Notes: a model not told the origin generated them from the letters alone. DNA of 64,000 bases from a virus (IMGVR_UViG_3300032007_000017); one strand, 5' to 3'. Shown: positions 50,395 through 60,631, counted from the stretch's first letter. Program-made: numbers and translations.

Positions 50395-51030
50395 ATGACT
50401 AAGAACAAGAACACGAAGAACACTCTTCCGACTACCGCAAACAACACTACACTTACAGAGGATGATTTTATCAATGCGGCAGAGATGATTCTTACCGATG
50501 AACCTCTCGATGATTATCACAAGCTTCTGGCCGCTAGATCTCTCTGTGAAGCAAGTGGCGCAAACCCCGATGCTGTATTCCCTCAGATCAACAATGATAT
50601 GAGAGATCAGTATACGTCTGCTAGTAATATTCTCTCTGATGATTATTCTAGTGAAGATGATGATACTGATATCAAAGATACCACCATTCGTGCAGTCAGG
50701 GGCGATGAGGTTATTGAGGATGATGAACTCATGGTTCCTGACGAGCCCACTACTGCTATTCATGGTACTGATATCAATACAGGGATTATGAACTATCAGT
50801 CTGCTATTACTGTACTGAATCAGTATGCGTTCCTTGGTATTCCTTGTGCTATCCTTGGCAACAAGGCATGTGGATTCTTTGTTGATACTTGTCATGTGAC
50901 ATTTGAAGATCTTAGAAAGCTTTATGAAAGTGATTCTATTGATTTTCTTATGTATACTGATGGCAACAGAGCTACCATTATCAAGCAAGCAGTCTTTGAT
51001 AACTTCACTGGAATGATCGCTAAGTTATAA
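50395..51030 (+). CDS. Acidic hypothetical protein
   Basis: SD AAGGAG; terminator follows. Confidence 0.7.
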   Translation: MTKNKNTKNTLPTTANNTTLTEDDFINAAEMILTDEPLDDYHKLLAARSLCEASGANPDAVFPQINNDMRDQYTSASNILSDDYSSEDDDTDIKDTTIRAVRGDEVIEDDELMVPDEPTTAIHGTDINTGIMNYQSAITVLNQYAFLGIPCAILGNKACGFFVDTCHVTFEDLRKLYESDSIDFLMYTDGNRATIIKQAVFDNFTGMIAKL

Positions 51031-51083
51031 AAAATAAAGGGGAGAAATCCCCTTTATTTTTTGTCTGCCTATAACATTTATAT

Positions 51084-51159
51084 ATAACCATAGTTGTGCC
51101 TCCTTTCCGGTGGCGAACGATGAATAAGAGGAAGGCTTGGCTTCCTCTTATTCATTTTT
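51084..51159 (+). ncRNA. Candidate late small RNA (~75 nt) with anti-SD/anti-AUG 5' region
   Basis: AACA-TTTATA-TA promoter; CCAUAGUUGUGCCUCCUUUCC; orphan 15-bp terminator. Confidence 0.6.
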
Positions 51160-51196
51160 ATGGATCATATAAATATACAAAAAAAAGAAGAGGGGG

Positions 51197-51643
51197 TTAA
51201 CCCTCTTCTTCTTCAGCTTCGGCTTCAGCTTCTTTAACCATAGCATCAACCTCTGCTTTTGTTTCTTCATCGACGTCATCGATACTTTTCTTGAATGCAA
51301 TCCAAGCATCGATAGCTTCATTGATAGTCATCTTCTTGGTACGAATATCATCACTATGATATTCCCAGATTCCTCGAATACAAGCAGTAGTCTTACGAGT
51401 ATCAAAGTATGAAAGAGTTTTATAGTTTTCACACATGATAATAGTTAAGCCTGTTCTATCTACATTGTATCCAAAGAAATCAGGATAAGAAGAATAGATT
51501 TCTTTACCATTCATGACTTCAGCCATAGTCATAGTAATGGGATCTTTTGATTCAAGTTCTGCAAGTTGTGCTGAACGTACAAGAGCATATTCAACAAACG
51601 TTCTTGCATTACTATTGTTCAGTACTTCGTATACCTTGTCCAT
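51197..51643 (-). CDS. Hypothetical protein
   Basis: TAATG overlap with the chaperonin gene. Confidence 0.7.
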   Translation of the reverse strand: MDKVYEVLNNSNARTFVEYALVRSAQLAELESKDPITMTMAEVMNGKEIYSSYPDFFGYNVDRTGLTIIMCENYKTLSYFDTRKTTACIRGIWEYHSDDIRTKKMTINEAIDAWIAFKKSIDDVDEETKAEVDAMVKEAEAEAEEEEG

Positions 51644-53469
51644 TACTTGATCTCCTTCGTATCAGTATAGACGTTATGCTGAGCAGTCGGAACCATAAAC
51701 TGATTACAACTAACCATCAGTCCAACGATCTTCATGACAGAGTTCAGAATAATGGTATCAGATTCAATAGAAGATTTGACCTTACCATCAAACTCATTGG
51801 TTCTCATATTGTAAGGACCACCTCCTCTGATTGTCTGATCAACAAGCTCTCTGGAATTAGGATACTTTGTAGCATAGAGCATATTAACCAGCTCAATATA
51901 TGCATCAAAGATACCATTTACCACAAGATACTCAGCATCAGTGGCTCCAGCACTACCAATCTCATCATTAAGATCAATGATAGCATTCAAGCCAGATACA
52001 TTAGCACCCCAACCTACGCCATACTTGGCAGCAGATCTGCAGTTCTTAACAGCATCCTCAACTCTATGAAGAAGAGCATCTCTGTCAGAAGGAGACATAC
52101 CACCAACACGGATCTCAACCAAGTTGGACTTCAGAGCATGGAGACGACGCTTAAGAGTACCAAGCTCTCTCACATCTCCACCATCAGCTTCATTCTTCTT
52201 GATCTCTGCTTCAACGAAAGCAAGAAGATTCTTATAGATCTCACTAAATTCACCATCCTCATTCTTCATTTCCAGAGGATTAATGAACTTAGTATCTTCA
52301 CTATAAGAAACAACAGACTCTGCCTTACCAGCGAAGTCAAAGAAGTTATCAGGAGTGCAAGCACGTCCAGCTTCCACATCAGCCTTATAGACTTCTGCAT
52401 CCATATATTTCATAATGGGCTTAGCACCACAGAGCTGATAGATATCTCTAATCTGATCAGGCTGAGTACGGTTGATAACAAAGTTCACAGGAAGTTTGTT
52501 ACCAGCAGGCTGCTTAGACTGAATATCAACCAGTCGATCGATCAAAGAGGACATATCTCTAGAGATCTTCGGACAAACGATAACAGTCGGAGTCAGATTA
52601 AACACTCCTGTTCTAACACCCCTATCAAAGGGATTGATGATATTATTGCTAAGAATGGCATCGAGAATGACACCAAGCTCCTTAGTATCAATAGGATCAT
52701 CAAAGAAATAGATCTCAGGATTATCAACGACAGCAGAGTTATCAGACGGATTTGTGACAAATGAACTATCCATAAATCCGCTATCGATTGTCATACCATC
52801 AAATGTCTTGACGGTAATCTCTTCAGGAGCAGTTGTAGGAGCGACATCGATGAAAACTCCCATACCACTTTCTTTATAGATATTCTGGATAAACTGAGCA
52901 ACCCAGTAATCTCCATCAGAAGAAGTATATGCAATATCAAAGATATCCTGAAGATTGCATTCCTTAGCGGTTTCACGAATTGCTTCATCGATTTCTTTAC
53001 CAATCTTATCCATAGCACGAGTGACATCGGATGCATACAGATTGGGATTGGCTTCCATACCTTTGATAATACTATCAAAGATAAGCTTGGAGAGGATAAC
53101 AGCACTCGTTGTACCATCTCCAACAGTCTTGACGATATTAAGAGTGATATTCTCAATATCATCACGAATAGACTGCTCAATAATGCCATTATACTTAATA
53201 GCACCAAGAATCGTATGACCATCCTTAGTGTACATCGTACTGGCATTCAGGTTTTTAATAGCAGTCACAGATCCATGAGGACCAAAGCTGTTAATAAGGA
53301 TCTTAGTAAGGTCTCCAAGAATCGTTGACTGGATTCTGCGAAGTGTTTTCTGATCAATTACATTAGAAATGTAATTGATATGCTTTACTTTACCATCATC
53401 GACAATGAATGCTACCGGATCGTTAACGGGATTGTCGACAATAGTCTTTTCGCCATAATCATTACTCAT
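51643..53469 (-). CDS. groEL: Phage GroEL-like chaperonin
   Basis: SFGPHG, YTKDGHTIL, VGDGTTSAVIL, RVEDAVKNCRSA. Confidence 0.92.
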   Translation of the reverse strand: MSNDYGEKTIVDNPVNDPVAFIVDDGKVKHINYISNVIDQKTLRRIQSTILGDLTKILINSFGPHGSVTAIKNLNASTMYTKDGHTILGAIKYNGIIEQSIRDDIENITLNIVKTVGDGTTSAVILSKLIFDSIIKGMEANPNLYASDVTRAMDKIGKEIDEAIRETAKECNLQDIFDIAYTSSDGDYWVAQFIQNIYKESGMGVFIDVAPTTAPEEITVKTFDGMTIDSGFMDSSFVTNPSDNSAVVDNPEIYFFDDPIDTKELGVILDAILSNNIINPFDRGVRTGVFNLTPTVIVCPKISRDMSSLIDRLVDIQSKQPAGNKLPVNFVINRTQPDQIRDIYQLCGAKPIMKYMDAEVYKADVEAGRACTPDNFFDFAGKAESVVSYSEDTKFINPLEMKNEDGEFSEIYKNLLAFVEAEIKKNEADGGDVRELGTLKRRLHALKSNLVEIRVGGMSPSDRDALLHRVEDAVKNCRSAAKYGVGWGANVSGLNAIIDLNDEIGSAGATDAEYLVVNGIFDAYIELVNMLYATKYPNSRELVDQTIRGGGPYNMRTNEFDGKVKSSIESDTIILNSVMKIVGLMVSCNQFMVPTAQHNVYTDTKEIK

Positions 53470-54157
53470 GAGAACTCTCCTTTTCTTGTAGTTGGAAAGA
53501 ATCAATGATTTGGAATTCGCTCTTTTGACCATATTTGATAATATAGTCTTTTAGAATTACCACGTCATTGTCAATTACTTCTAGGTTACAGCCATAATTT
53601 AAAATAGCCAGATATTTAGCTGTAGATTGCATATTCGGAATATCATCTAAATATCTTACATCAGCAAGAATTAAACGGCTGTATTGGGACAGATCAAGTT
53701 CACTTCTTTTCCCAATAAAGATATTGGGATTAGATGACTTGAACAGTGATTGAATTGTTTTTACTTGAGCCTCATTATCACAACGGATATGGACCTTGAT
53801 CATTCCTCCAGCAGCTCGAGAATATGTAGTGATAAGTCTATGAATCATAGTTACAGGAGCTCCCTGTACGATTCTATCATACTCATCAGATACGTAGGTA
53901 TCATAGATAGTTTTCCAATACTGCTTTCCAGAATCCATAAAGCACTCTTCTACAATATTCTTATTGTATAGAGTAACTCTATCTCTTACAAGTTCCATTA
54001 ATGGCTTATGTAAAAAAGCATAGTTGATTGATGGATTAAAGCCTCCGAGAGGATAGTCCTCTCGGAGAGCTTTAACCACAGCTAACTGAAGATCAACTAT
54101 GCCATCAAATTCAACCAGTATAGACTGTCGTCTAACTGCATTTAATCCAAGTGGCAT
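53462..54157 (-). CDS. Hypothetical protein (HAD-like N-terminus)
   Basis: ILVEFDGIVD resembles a degenerate HAD motif I. Confidence 0.55.
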   Translation of the reverse strand: MPLGLNAVRRQSILVEFDGIVDLQLAVVKALREDYPLGGFNPSINYAFLHKPLMELVRDRVTLYNKNIVEECFMDSGKQYWKTIYDTYVSDEYDRIVQGAPVTMIHRLITTYSRAAGGMIKVHIRCDNEAQVKTIQSLFKSSNPNIFIGKRSELDLSQYSRLILADVRYLDDIPNMQSTAKYLAILNYGCNLEVIDNDVVILKDYIIKYGQKSEFQIIDSFQLQEKESSHE

Positions 54158-54169
54158 AGTACTACCTCA

Positions 54170-54967
54170 TTAATAGAGGTCATCCATCGTGGCATTGACA
54201 TATGCATCAAGACCACCATCATCGCTGTTGGACTGAGATGCAGGAGAAGAAGGACCATTGCTAGAGAAGTAGCTGGTAGAACTACTCTGTCTAGAGCCTC
54301 CTATACTCATATCCAGACCCAATTTCTCTCCAATTCGATTGAGCTTCGTGGAAGTACGATAGTCATTCCAACGGGTCTCATCGACAACCGTGTAAGCGAT
54401 TGCTCTAGTTTCGGCTTTATAGTATTCCTCAAGCACAGTCAGAAGCTGACGGAGCTCAAGATCAGGAAACTTTCTAGTCCCATACTGTCCATTGGACTTC
54501 TCGGAGAAGTTAGTGACAGCAAAATAGTAATCGCCTTTAACTTCATATGCAAAAGACGAAGAAACGTTACCAGATTCATCGACTTTGCGAATGATCACCA
54601 GCGGGAACTTCGAATTGAAGTCCTTTCCTGTCGAGAAGCAAATGATAGAACTACCAGAAGTAACTCCACAGTTATCATTTGCTTCAGGATTTTCGATAAA
54701 GCTCTTCAAAACCTCAGCGAGGATACGAGCCTTAGAATGATTCAGATAGACACTGATACCATTCTTCATATCGAACGTAGGCTGGTCAGTAGGCGATTCA
54801 GGATTCTTAGGACTAATAGAAATACGTAAAGTCTTATTCCAGAATTGGGTAGTCAAAGAAGTCTGGTCAACAGTGCTCTGTGCATTGTTAAACCTATACG
54901 GTGAGTAGATAGTGGGATCAATAGGCCCACCTTTCTTGTTATTGTTTGAATAGTTTCCGTACGGCAT
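54170..54967 (-). CDS. Putative single-stranded DNA-binding protein
   Basis: Ser-rich linker and acidic, aromatic-ending tail (MDDLY); function is inference. Confidence 0.45.
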   Translation of the reverse strand: MPYGNYSNNNKKGGPIDPTIYSPYRFNNAQSTVDQTSLTTQFWNKTLRISISPKNPESPTDQPTFDMKNGISVYLNHSKARILAEVLKSFIENPEANDNCGVTSGSSIICFSTGKDFNSKFPLVIIRKVDESGNVSSSFAYEVKGDYYFAVTNFSEKSNGQYGTRKFPDLELRQLLTVLEEYYKAETRAIAYTVVDETRWNDYRTSTKLNRIGEKLGLDMSIGGSRQSSSTSYFSSNGPSSPASQSNSDDGGLDAYVNATMDDLY

Positions 54968-55005
54968 GAGTATTTTCCTCCTTAAATAATATATGTACTT
55001 ATTTG

Positions 55006-56172
55006 TTACAGATCAGTATTTTTATACACAGGCGTGGCCATCAGATAAGATGATATCGCCGGCTTGTTATTAAAAATCCAATCTGCTAATTCATTAGGTT
55101 TCATGGTGAATATCGGTTCTTCGATCTGGAAACCAGCAGCACCAGGATGACCTCCACCACCAAACTGCTCTGCAATCTTATTGACTTCAATATAATTTGC
55201 TTTATTTGCATAAATCGAATGAATCCAAAGTCTAGATTCAGGATCGAATCTATACAAAACAGCAAAGCTTACCAAATTATCATCAAGATAATTTAAGAAG
55301 TTCTTAGAATTTCCATGACCATTCTTTACAATGATCTTATGACCAAAGAGATTCATGATCGTACAGAATTTAAATTCTGTAAAATATCTATTTCTCTCAA
55401 ACACATTGATCTTCTTACCATCTCTGATAAACTCTTCACATCTATCGAAGAGATTAAACATATCAGAATATTTTGTTTCTCTTGTATTCTGATCCATTCT
55501 CGTCATTGAGAAATCAGATGCCATATATCCTGTGATGAAATCAGGAGCTTCAGGCTCTTCTCTCGTCCAACGATCATGATGATCAAGATAATACAAGAAG
55601 TCAGGAATGGTGAATTCTCCATAGTCTGCTATAGTTGCACTTATCTTGGTTATATGATTGGGTTCATTCTTCTTCAATGCAACATCATTGACAAGCAGAT
55701 AATGATTATCGTGAATATTGATTGATGAAGAACAGATCAAATCCGTATAAAGATAGGTAAGAACTGCTCCGCATGCATTATTACTATGAATAATAGCACC
55801 ATACGAGATATTCTTATGCTGAGCAAGGAATGAAAACACACCATCAATAATAGGCTTAGAAGAAGCATGATGGTCAATCCAAACCACTCTCTTAACTCTA
55901 GGATCACTGATAATTGCATTTATCAGAATATCAATTGTATTCTGTGTGAAAGAAAGATCAACAAACCAGAGTTCAATAGGATCATCTCCTTCAATCTTAA
56001 GATGATCATCAAAGGAAGAAGTATATACCTTTTCAGCGGTAAAGACATTCTTATATACAAATCCTTCCTTTTTCAAATTTACTTCTTTTCCAAGCAGAAA
56101 ATTCTCTGCCAGGTATCCGGATACATGACCATCCGGATCATTATGATGATAAATCATTGCGTTATAGTTCAT
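55006..56172 (-). CDS. DHH/DHHA1 phosphoesterase
   Basis: HHNDPDG, FVDLS, WIDHH, GGGGHPGAAGF. Confidence 0.9.
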   Translation of the reverse strand: MNYNAMIYHHNDPDGHVSGYLAENFLLGKEVNLKKEGFVYKNVFTAEKVYTSSFDDHLKIEGDDPIELWFVDLSFTQNTIDILINAIISDPRVKRVVWIDHHASSKPIIDGVFSFLAQHKNISYGAIIHSNNACGAVLTYLYTDLICSSSINIHDNHYLLVNDVALKKNEPNHITKISATIADYGEFTIPDFLYYLDHHDRWTREEPEAPDFITGYMASDFSMTRMDQNTRETKYSDMFNLFDRCEEFIRDGKKINVFERNRYFTEFKFCTIMNLFGHKIIVKNGHGNSKNFLNYLDDNLVSFAVLYRFDPESRLWIHSIYANKANYIEVNKIAEQFGGGGHPGAAGFQIEEPIFTMKPNELADWIFNNKPAISSYLMATPVYKNTDL

Positions 56173-56243
56173 AGCTGGGTTCTCCTTTCTTGAATTCATC
56201 ATAATAATATGCAACTGAAACTTATTATTAAAGAGGTGAGCAT

Positions 56244-56879
56244 ATGCCTAATAAAACAGATTTCTATAATAACTCATCTATGAATATGCCTTATCTCGAA
56301 ATAGGCATTGCATTAAAAGATATTGATCGAAACAATCCTGGAAAGATTCCATTTTCTATTCCTATCCTTACTCCAGATGTAGATACATCTAAACAAGTTA
56401 AGAGTAAAGTTCCTCAGAGAGATAAGTCAAATATTCTCACTGATAATAAAGGAGCTGTAGATGTATCTGATATAGAAGTTTCAAACTATATTGAGATTGA
56501 AATTCCTAGAGAGTTATGTGCTCTTGCAAATGCAAAATATGCAGTTGAAGGATGGCTCAATATAGAAGGATCTGGACACGTTCAAACTGCTACTTTAAAT
56601 GGAACTGGTAGTATATCTGGATCTCTTTCTGGTAGTGGAACAGTTGGTCCTCCGCTCAATTATGATTTTCTTAGTGCTTCTGGTACTGTTTCTGGTAATA
56701 TATCAGAAACTGTAAGTGGAACACATACTACAGACTTTCAGAAAGCCAAAGTAGATGGAGAACTTACATTGAAAATGATTGCTCCATATCATATTATTCC
56801 AAAAGGCAGTAAGTGGCTTATTGCCTTTATCGGAGGAGATATGAGTATGCCTAGAGTAATCTGTAGGCTTCCTGATTAA
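56244..56879 (+). CDS. Baseplate central spike-like protein (gp5/gpV OB-fold)
   Basis: IPKGSKWLIAFIGGDMSMPRVI; G/S/T-rich beta repeats; AACT-TATTAT-TA late promoter. Confidence 0.55.
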   Translation: MPNKTDFYNNSSMNMPYLEIGIALKDIDRNNPGKIPFSIPILTPDVDTSKQVKSKVPQRDKSNILTDNKGAVDVSDIEVSNYIEIEIPRELCALANAKYAVEGWLNIEGSGHVQTATLNGTGSISGSLSGSGTVGPPLNYDFLSASGTVSGNISETVSGTHTTDFQKAKVDGELTLKMIAPYHIIPKGSKWLIAFIGGDMSMPRVICRLPD

Positions 56880-56897
56880 AAAAAAAAGAAAGGGCTT

Positions 56898-57317
56898 TTA
56901 GCCCTTTCTTTTCAGAGTGCAATGATACAAATCATGCACTTCAGCAACGTCTTCAAGCCATTCCTCGTAGGAAATACTCGTGATCTCGTATTCTCCAAGA
57001 GATGCAGTGATAGCTAATGGACCATATGTAGTTTTGGCCATCAGCTCAATGGAGCATTCTTTTCGTAGAGGGTTCACCATGCATTGGAATTCATTAATAC
57101 CAATGACTTTATTATTGTGATATATTGTTCCGCAGATCGTGAACATGATATCATCAATAATAAAATCAATCGGATTAAGAGGTTTAATGCTGATTTCAGT
57201 TAGTTCCCCATTTTTATCTTTTGCTGGTGATATGGATGCCATGAGAGATTCTGTTTGCTTAAACAAATCTACAAACACTTTGTTGAACGAATAGTCCATA
57301 TTCATTCCTCCTTTCAT
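56898..57317 (-). CDS. Hypothetical protein
   Basis: Early motif and SD. Confidence 0.65.
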   Translation of the reverse strand: MKGGMNMDYSFNKVFVDLFKQTESLMASISPAKDKNGELTEISIKPLNPIDFIIDDIMFTICGTIYHNNKVIGINEFQCMVNPLRKECSIELMAKTTYGPLAITASLGEYEITSISYEEWLEDVAEVHDLYHCTLKRKG

Positions 57318-57442
57318 ATAGATAATATGTAATTATAAATCGAATAAATTACAAGAGAGGCCAAAAGGCCTCTCTTGTGTTGGCTCGTTTTTGAAAAGCG
57401 TGAACAGGTTCGCATCCAAGATCTAATAGAATGTTCTCAGAA

Positions 57443-58618
57443 TTAATATCTATCAGGCTGGATGTCAGGATAAGGAACAAAGACTCCATAAGTCTTTCCC
57501 TTATAGACAAGAGTAGAAGACAATTCATCTCTAACTCTCTTAAACTTCTCAAGAGATTCTCTCCAGCGCTTAGCCTCAGTCTGAGAGAGATCATCAGAAT
57601 TAACAAAGTCTTCAATGATTGCAATACGAGTATTCAGTTGACGCATCAGATAAAGAGCATCATCTTCATCTTCAACATTACGAACTCTCATATTCAATTC
57701 ATAGAAGTCATCTTCGAGAGATCTCATGTTATTGATGCGCATCTTACGCATTCTCTCATTGATCTTCGACTTGACAGATGCTGTAATATCAGCCTCCATC
57801 AAAGCATAGTCGTCAATACGAGAAATACGCTTGATCATAGCATCCATTTCCATCTTCTCGATAGTAGAACCAGTAAGAGCTTTAGCCTTATTCAAAGCTT
57901 TAATAGCTCCAATACGTCTAGTTCCAAGATGACGATAAAGACTAAGTGTCCAAGTAAATGCAGAGAATTTATCTACATTGCCACCGCTATACAGCTTCAT
58001 ATTCTTAGAGATAATCTTGTTCATAGCTCTTTCGAGGTCAGCAGTATATCCATACATTCTGACAAAGTCATCAGCAAGAATCTCATCCACATCGTTTGTA
58101 TAGAACATGGAACGATCCTTTGAGATGAAATCCTTCAAAGCATATGCAAGAATCTCTCTATAATGAATCGAATCAGACATAGCGATAGAGTCATGAGACT
58201 TAGCCATATACTCATCAAGATATCTCCTAGCATTAGCAATCGGAGTAATATCATTCGTTACATGACCAACCTCATGAAGAGTCATAGCAACCAGCTCACG
58301 AGAAGTTAAACCAAGAATGGGATTAAAGAGATGAGAATCATACTCAAGAGAATACTTAGAGATACGCATTTCATCAGTTCCCATAAGATAGTCATAGATC
58401 TTATCAGAATCAATACCTGCATTCACGATAATACCGAAAAACATCTTATCCGTATTATTGGTATAAAATACCTGAGTGCAGGTAGAATCCTTGAAGAATC
58501 TATTAAGCTCTCTACGAATATTAAGCAAATCCGAAGAGTTTAAAGATCCACGAGCAATAGCCCGATCAAAGATATTTTCCAAACCAGAGAAGTCATAATT
58601 GATCTTTCTCATAGTCAA
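57443..58618 (-). CDS. Virion-associated zincin-like protein
   Basis: TLHEVGH and EILADDFV..YGY; late promoter AACA-ATTGAG-TA. Confidence 0.65.
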   Translation of the reverse strand: MTMRKINYDFSGLENIFDRAIARGSLNSSDLLNIRRELNRFFKDSTCTQVFYTNNTDKMFFGIIVNAGIDSDKIYDYLMGTDEMRISKYSLEYDSHLFNPILGLTSRELVAMTLHEVGHVTNDITPIANARRYLDEYMAKSHDSIAMSDSIHYREILAYALKDFISKDRSMFYTNDVDEILADDFVRMYGYTADLERAMNKIISKNMKLYSGGNVDKFSAFTWTLSLYRHLGTRRIGAIKALNKAKALTGSTIEKMEMDAMIKRISRIDDYALMEADITASVKSKINERMRKMRINNMRSLEDDFYELNMRVRNVEDEDDALYLMRQLNTRIAIIEDFVNSDDLSQTEAKRWRESLEKFKRVRDELSSTLVYKGKTYGVFVPYPDIQPDRY

Positions 58619-58708
58619 TAACCTCCTCTTAATGAGTCATATTACTCAATTGTTCAGCCCAAGAGAAAAAAGAAAGAGGGCTTAGCCCTCTTTCTTTATT
58701 AGTGGTGC

Positions 58709-59191
58709 TTAAGAAATATATCTAGATGAAGTAATTTTATCAGATACTTCTCTTGTTTTATCAGACATATCTATAAGAAAATCTGAGCAGAATTCTAAGC
58801 ACTCAAATAGATCTGGCATGGTTCTATTATGAATCAATTCAAATATTTCTTCTGGACCTTCCCAGTCATCAGTATTAAATTCATTACAAGTATCGGAATC
58901 TTTTCCAAGAGCAAATAGTTTAAGATCTTCAGCATCAATGTCTAAAGAACCATAAGTTCCTACCTGCCTCGAATACCCATAAAGACGATTATCCCATGCT
59001 TCATATTCGGATTTGAATTCCCTATCATTCTCTAAGTAGCCAGAATAGTATACATCATCTGCAAAATCATCTACAAGATCATACATTGCTGCATATACAT
59101 CATACCATGCTCTATAAATATCAGCATAGTAAAGCATGGTTCTTTGATCAAGGGTAAACATATTTGAATTCTCCTTTAATATAGATTTCAC
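58709..59191 (-). CDS. Acidic hypothetical protein
   Basis: ORF with own terminator. Confidence 0.65.
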   Translation of the reverse strand: MKSILKENSNMFTLDQRTMLYYADIYRAWYDVYAAMYDLVDDFADDVYYSGYLENDREFKSEYEAWDNRLYGYSRQVGTYGSLDIDAEDLKLFALGKDSDTCNEFNTDDWEGPEEIFELIHNRTMPDLFECLEFCSDFLIDMSDKTREVSDKITSSRYIS

Positions 59192-59269
59192 AAGTATAAT
59201 ATATTATTATCTCAAATAATAGATTTATACTTTTAAGAAAAAAGAAAGAGGGCTAAGCCCTCTTTCTCT

Positions 59270-59731
59270 TTAAATAATTTCGGGGTTAATTTGATTCAGA
59301 ATAAATGGAAAATCATTGACGACATCATAAATTTCAGCATATATCTTTTTACTATTTTTAGTATACTTAAATGTAAAATTTACTGATAATCCAACCAATT
59401 GCTTCTTAGAAAACACAATATACATCGAATTACAATTTTTTACAATCATATCGAATATACTAAGATCGCACCATGCCTGATAAAATTTATCGGTATAAAG
59501 TATTGGTTTAGGATTATGGTTAATGATTGTGAGTGATGCATTTCCATTTCTATTAAATATAGATGTTCCTTTTGGCTGTGTAAATGCAAAATCACAAGGA
59601 ATTCCATTACTTAACAAACTGAACTTATTTGGAACAGGTATAATCTCACCATTTTCGAATTTAATAGAATGATCCCCAATAATCATACTTGGCTCATATG
59701 AACGATAAAGATACTTCTGATAGGCTGCCAT
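59270..59731 (-). CDS. Hypothetical protein
   Basis: SD AAAGGAGG. Confidence 0.65.
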   Translation of the reverse strand: MAAYQKYLYRSYEPSMIIGDHSIKFENGEIIPVPNKFSLLSNGIPCDFAFTQPKGTSIFNRNGNASLTIINHNPKPILYTDKFYQAWCDLSIFDMIVKNCNSMYIVFSKKQLVGLSVNFTFKYTKNSKKIYAEIYDVVNDFPFILNQINPEII

Positions 59732-59774
59732 TTTTATTTTAATATCCTCCTTTCAAGAGAAAAAGAAAGAGGGC

Positions 59775-60503
59775 TTAGCCCTCTTTCTTTGTTTTCTTAA
59801 TTCGCAATGTTGAAGCTGGTACAAACCATATATCTGTATTTTCTTCTTCTTCCCATCCATATCTTTTATGGTCTACTGCGTATGCCTCAAGCATATATAT
59901 TACTACAGGAAGTTCAATAAAATATGGATATGGATGTGTAATACCACAAATACGCATCATTGTATCTCTGTAAAGAGGGTTAAACGTTATTTTTAATTCT
60001 CTTCCTTTAAGGGAAGAACCATCTTTTGGTGAATGGTCATTTTTAGTAATTGTGCTATAAACAGCCTTATCGTCTTCCCAGGCCGCATCGAGGGCTTTAT
60101 GCGATTTACCATATAATAGGCTATAATCAAAGTAATATTCACGATAAGTGCCATCGCCATAGCCATATCTTGAATCAACACGAAGCGCAAATGTTTCAAG
60201 GTATACTTCTTTTCCAGTTCTTGACAAAATGACTCTACGAACTTTTGGGTGTTTTACGAGTTCTTCTCTTATTGCTGGTATTGATAGATTTCCGTTAGTA
60301 TCAATTATTATCCCATCCGAATCAAGACTAATGATATCGAATTGTATAAAAGTCATATCGTAATCTTTTCCATAAGATCTACATATATCAATAGCCTCAG
60401 ATATATCTGTCGTATATATGTCAGGAGTATCAGGGGTATTGGGAATTCTAAATATTGCATTTTCGGGAATGCATATATGATCAAAATATTTAATATCAGT
60501 CAT
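59775..60503 (-). CDS. Hypothetical protein
   Basis: SD AAAGGAGG. Confidence 0.65.
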   Translation of the reverse strand: MTDIKYFDHICIPENAIFRIPNTPDTPDIYTTDISEAIDICRSYGKDYDMTFIQFDIISLDSDGIIIDTNGNLSIPAIREELVKHPKVRRVILSRTGKEVYLETFALRVDSRYGYGDGTYREYYFDYSLLYGKSHKALDAAWEDDKAVYSTITKNDHSPKDGSSLKGRELKITFNPLYRDTMMRICGITHPYPYFIELPVVIYMLEAYAVDHKRYGWEEEENTDIWFVPASTLRIKKTKKEG

Positions 60504-60631
60504 TATTTTAATACCCTCCTTTAGGACGATTATTGTTATTTCTGATCATGTAGAGAGCGATTGCTATAAGTGTTAACTGAACTAGAGTTCCGATTATAGT
60601 AGACATTCTTTATTTCTCTCCTTCTTAATAC

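Noticed and set aside
51547-52764. 405-aa plus-strand ORF (and similar 9907-11001, 6144-6827, 57431-58123)
   Set aside because: Antisense shadows of codon-biased genes
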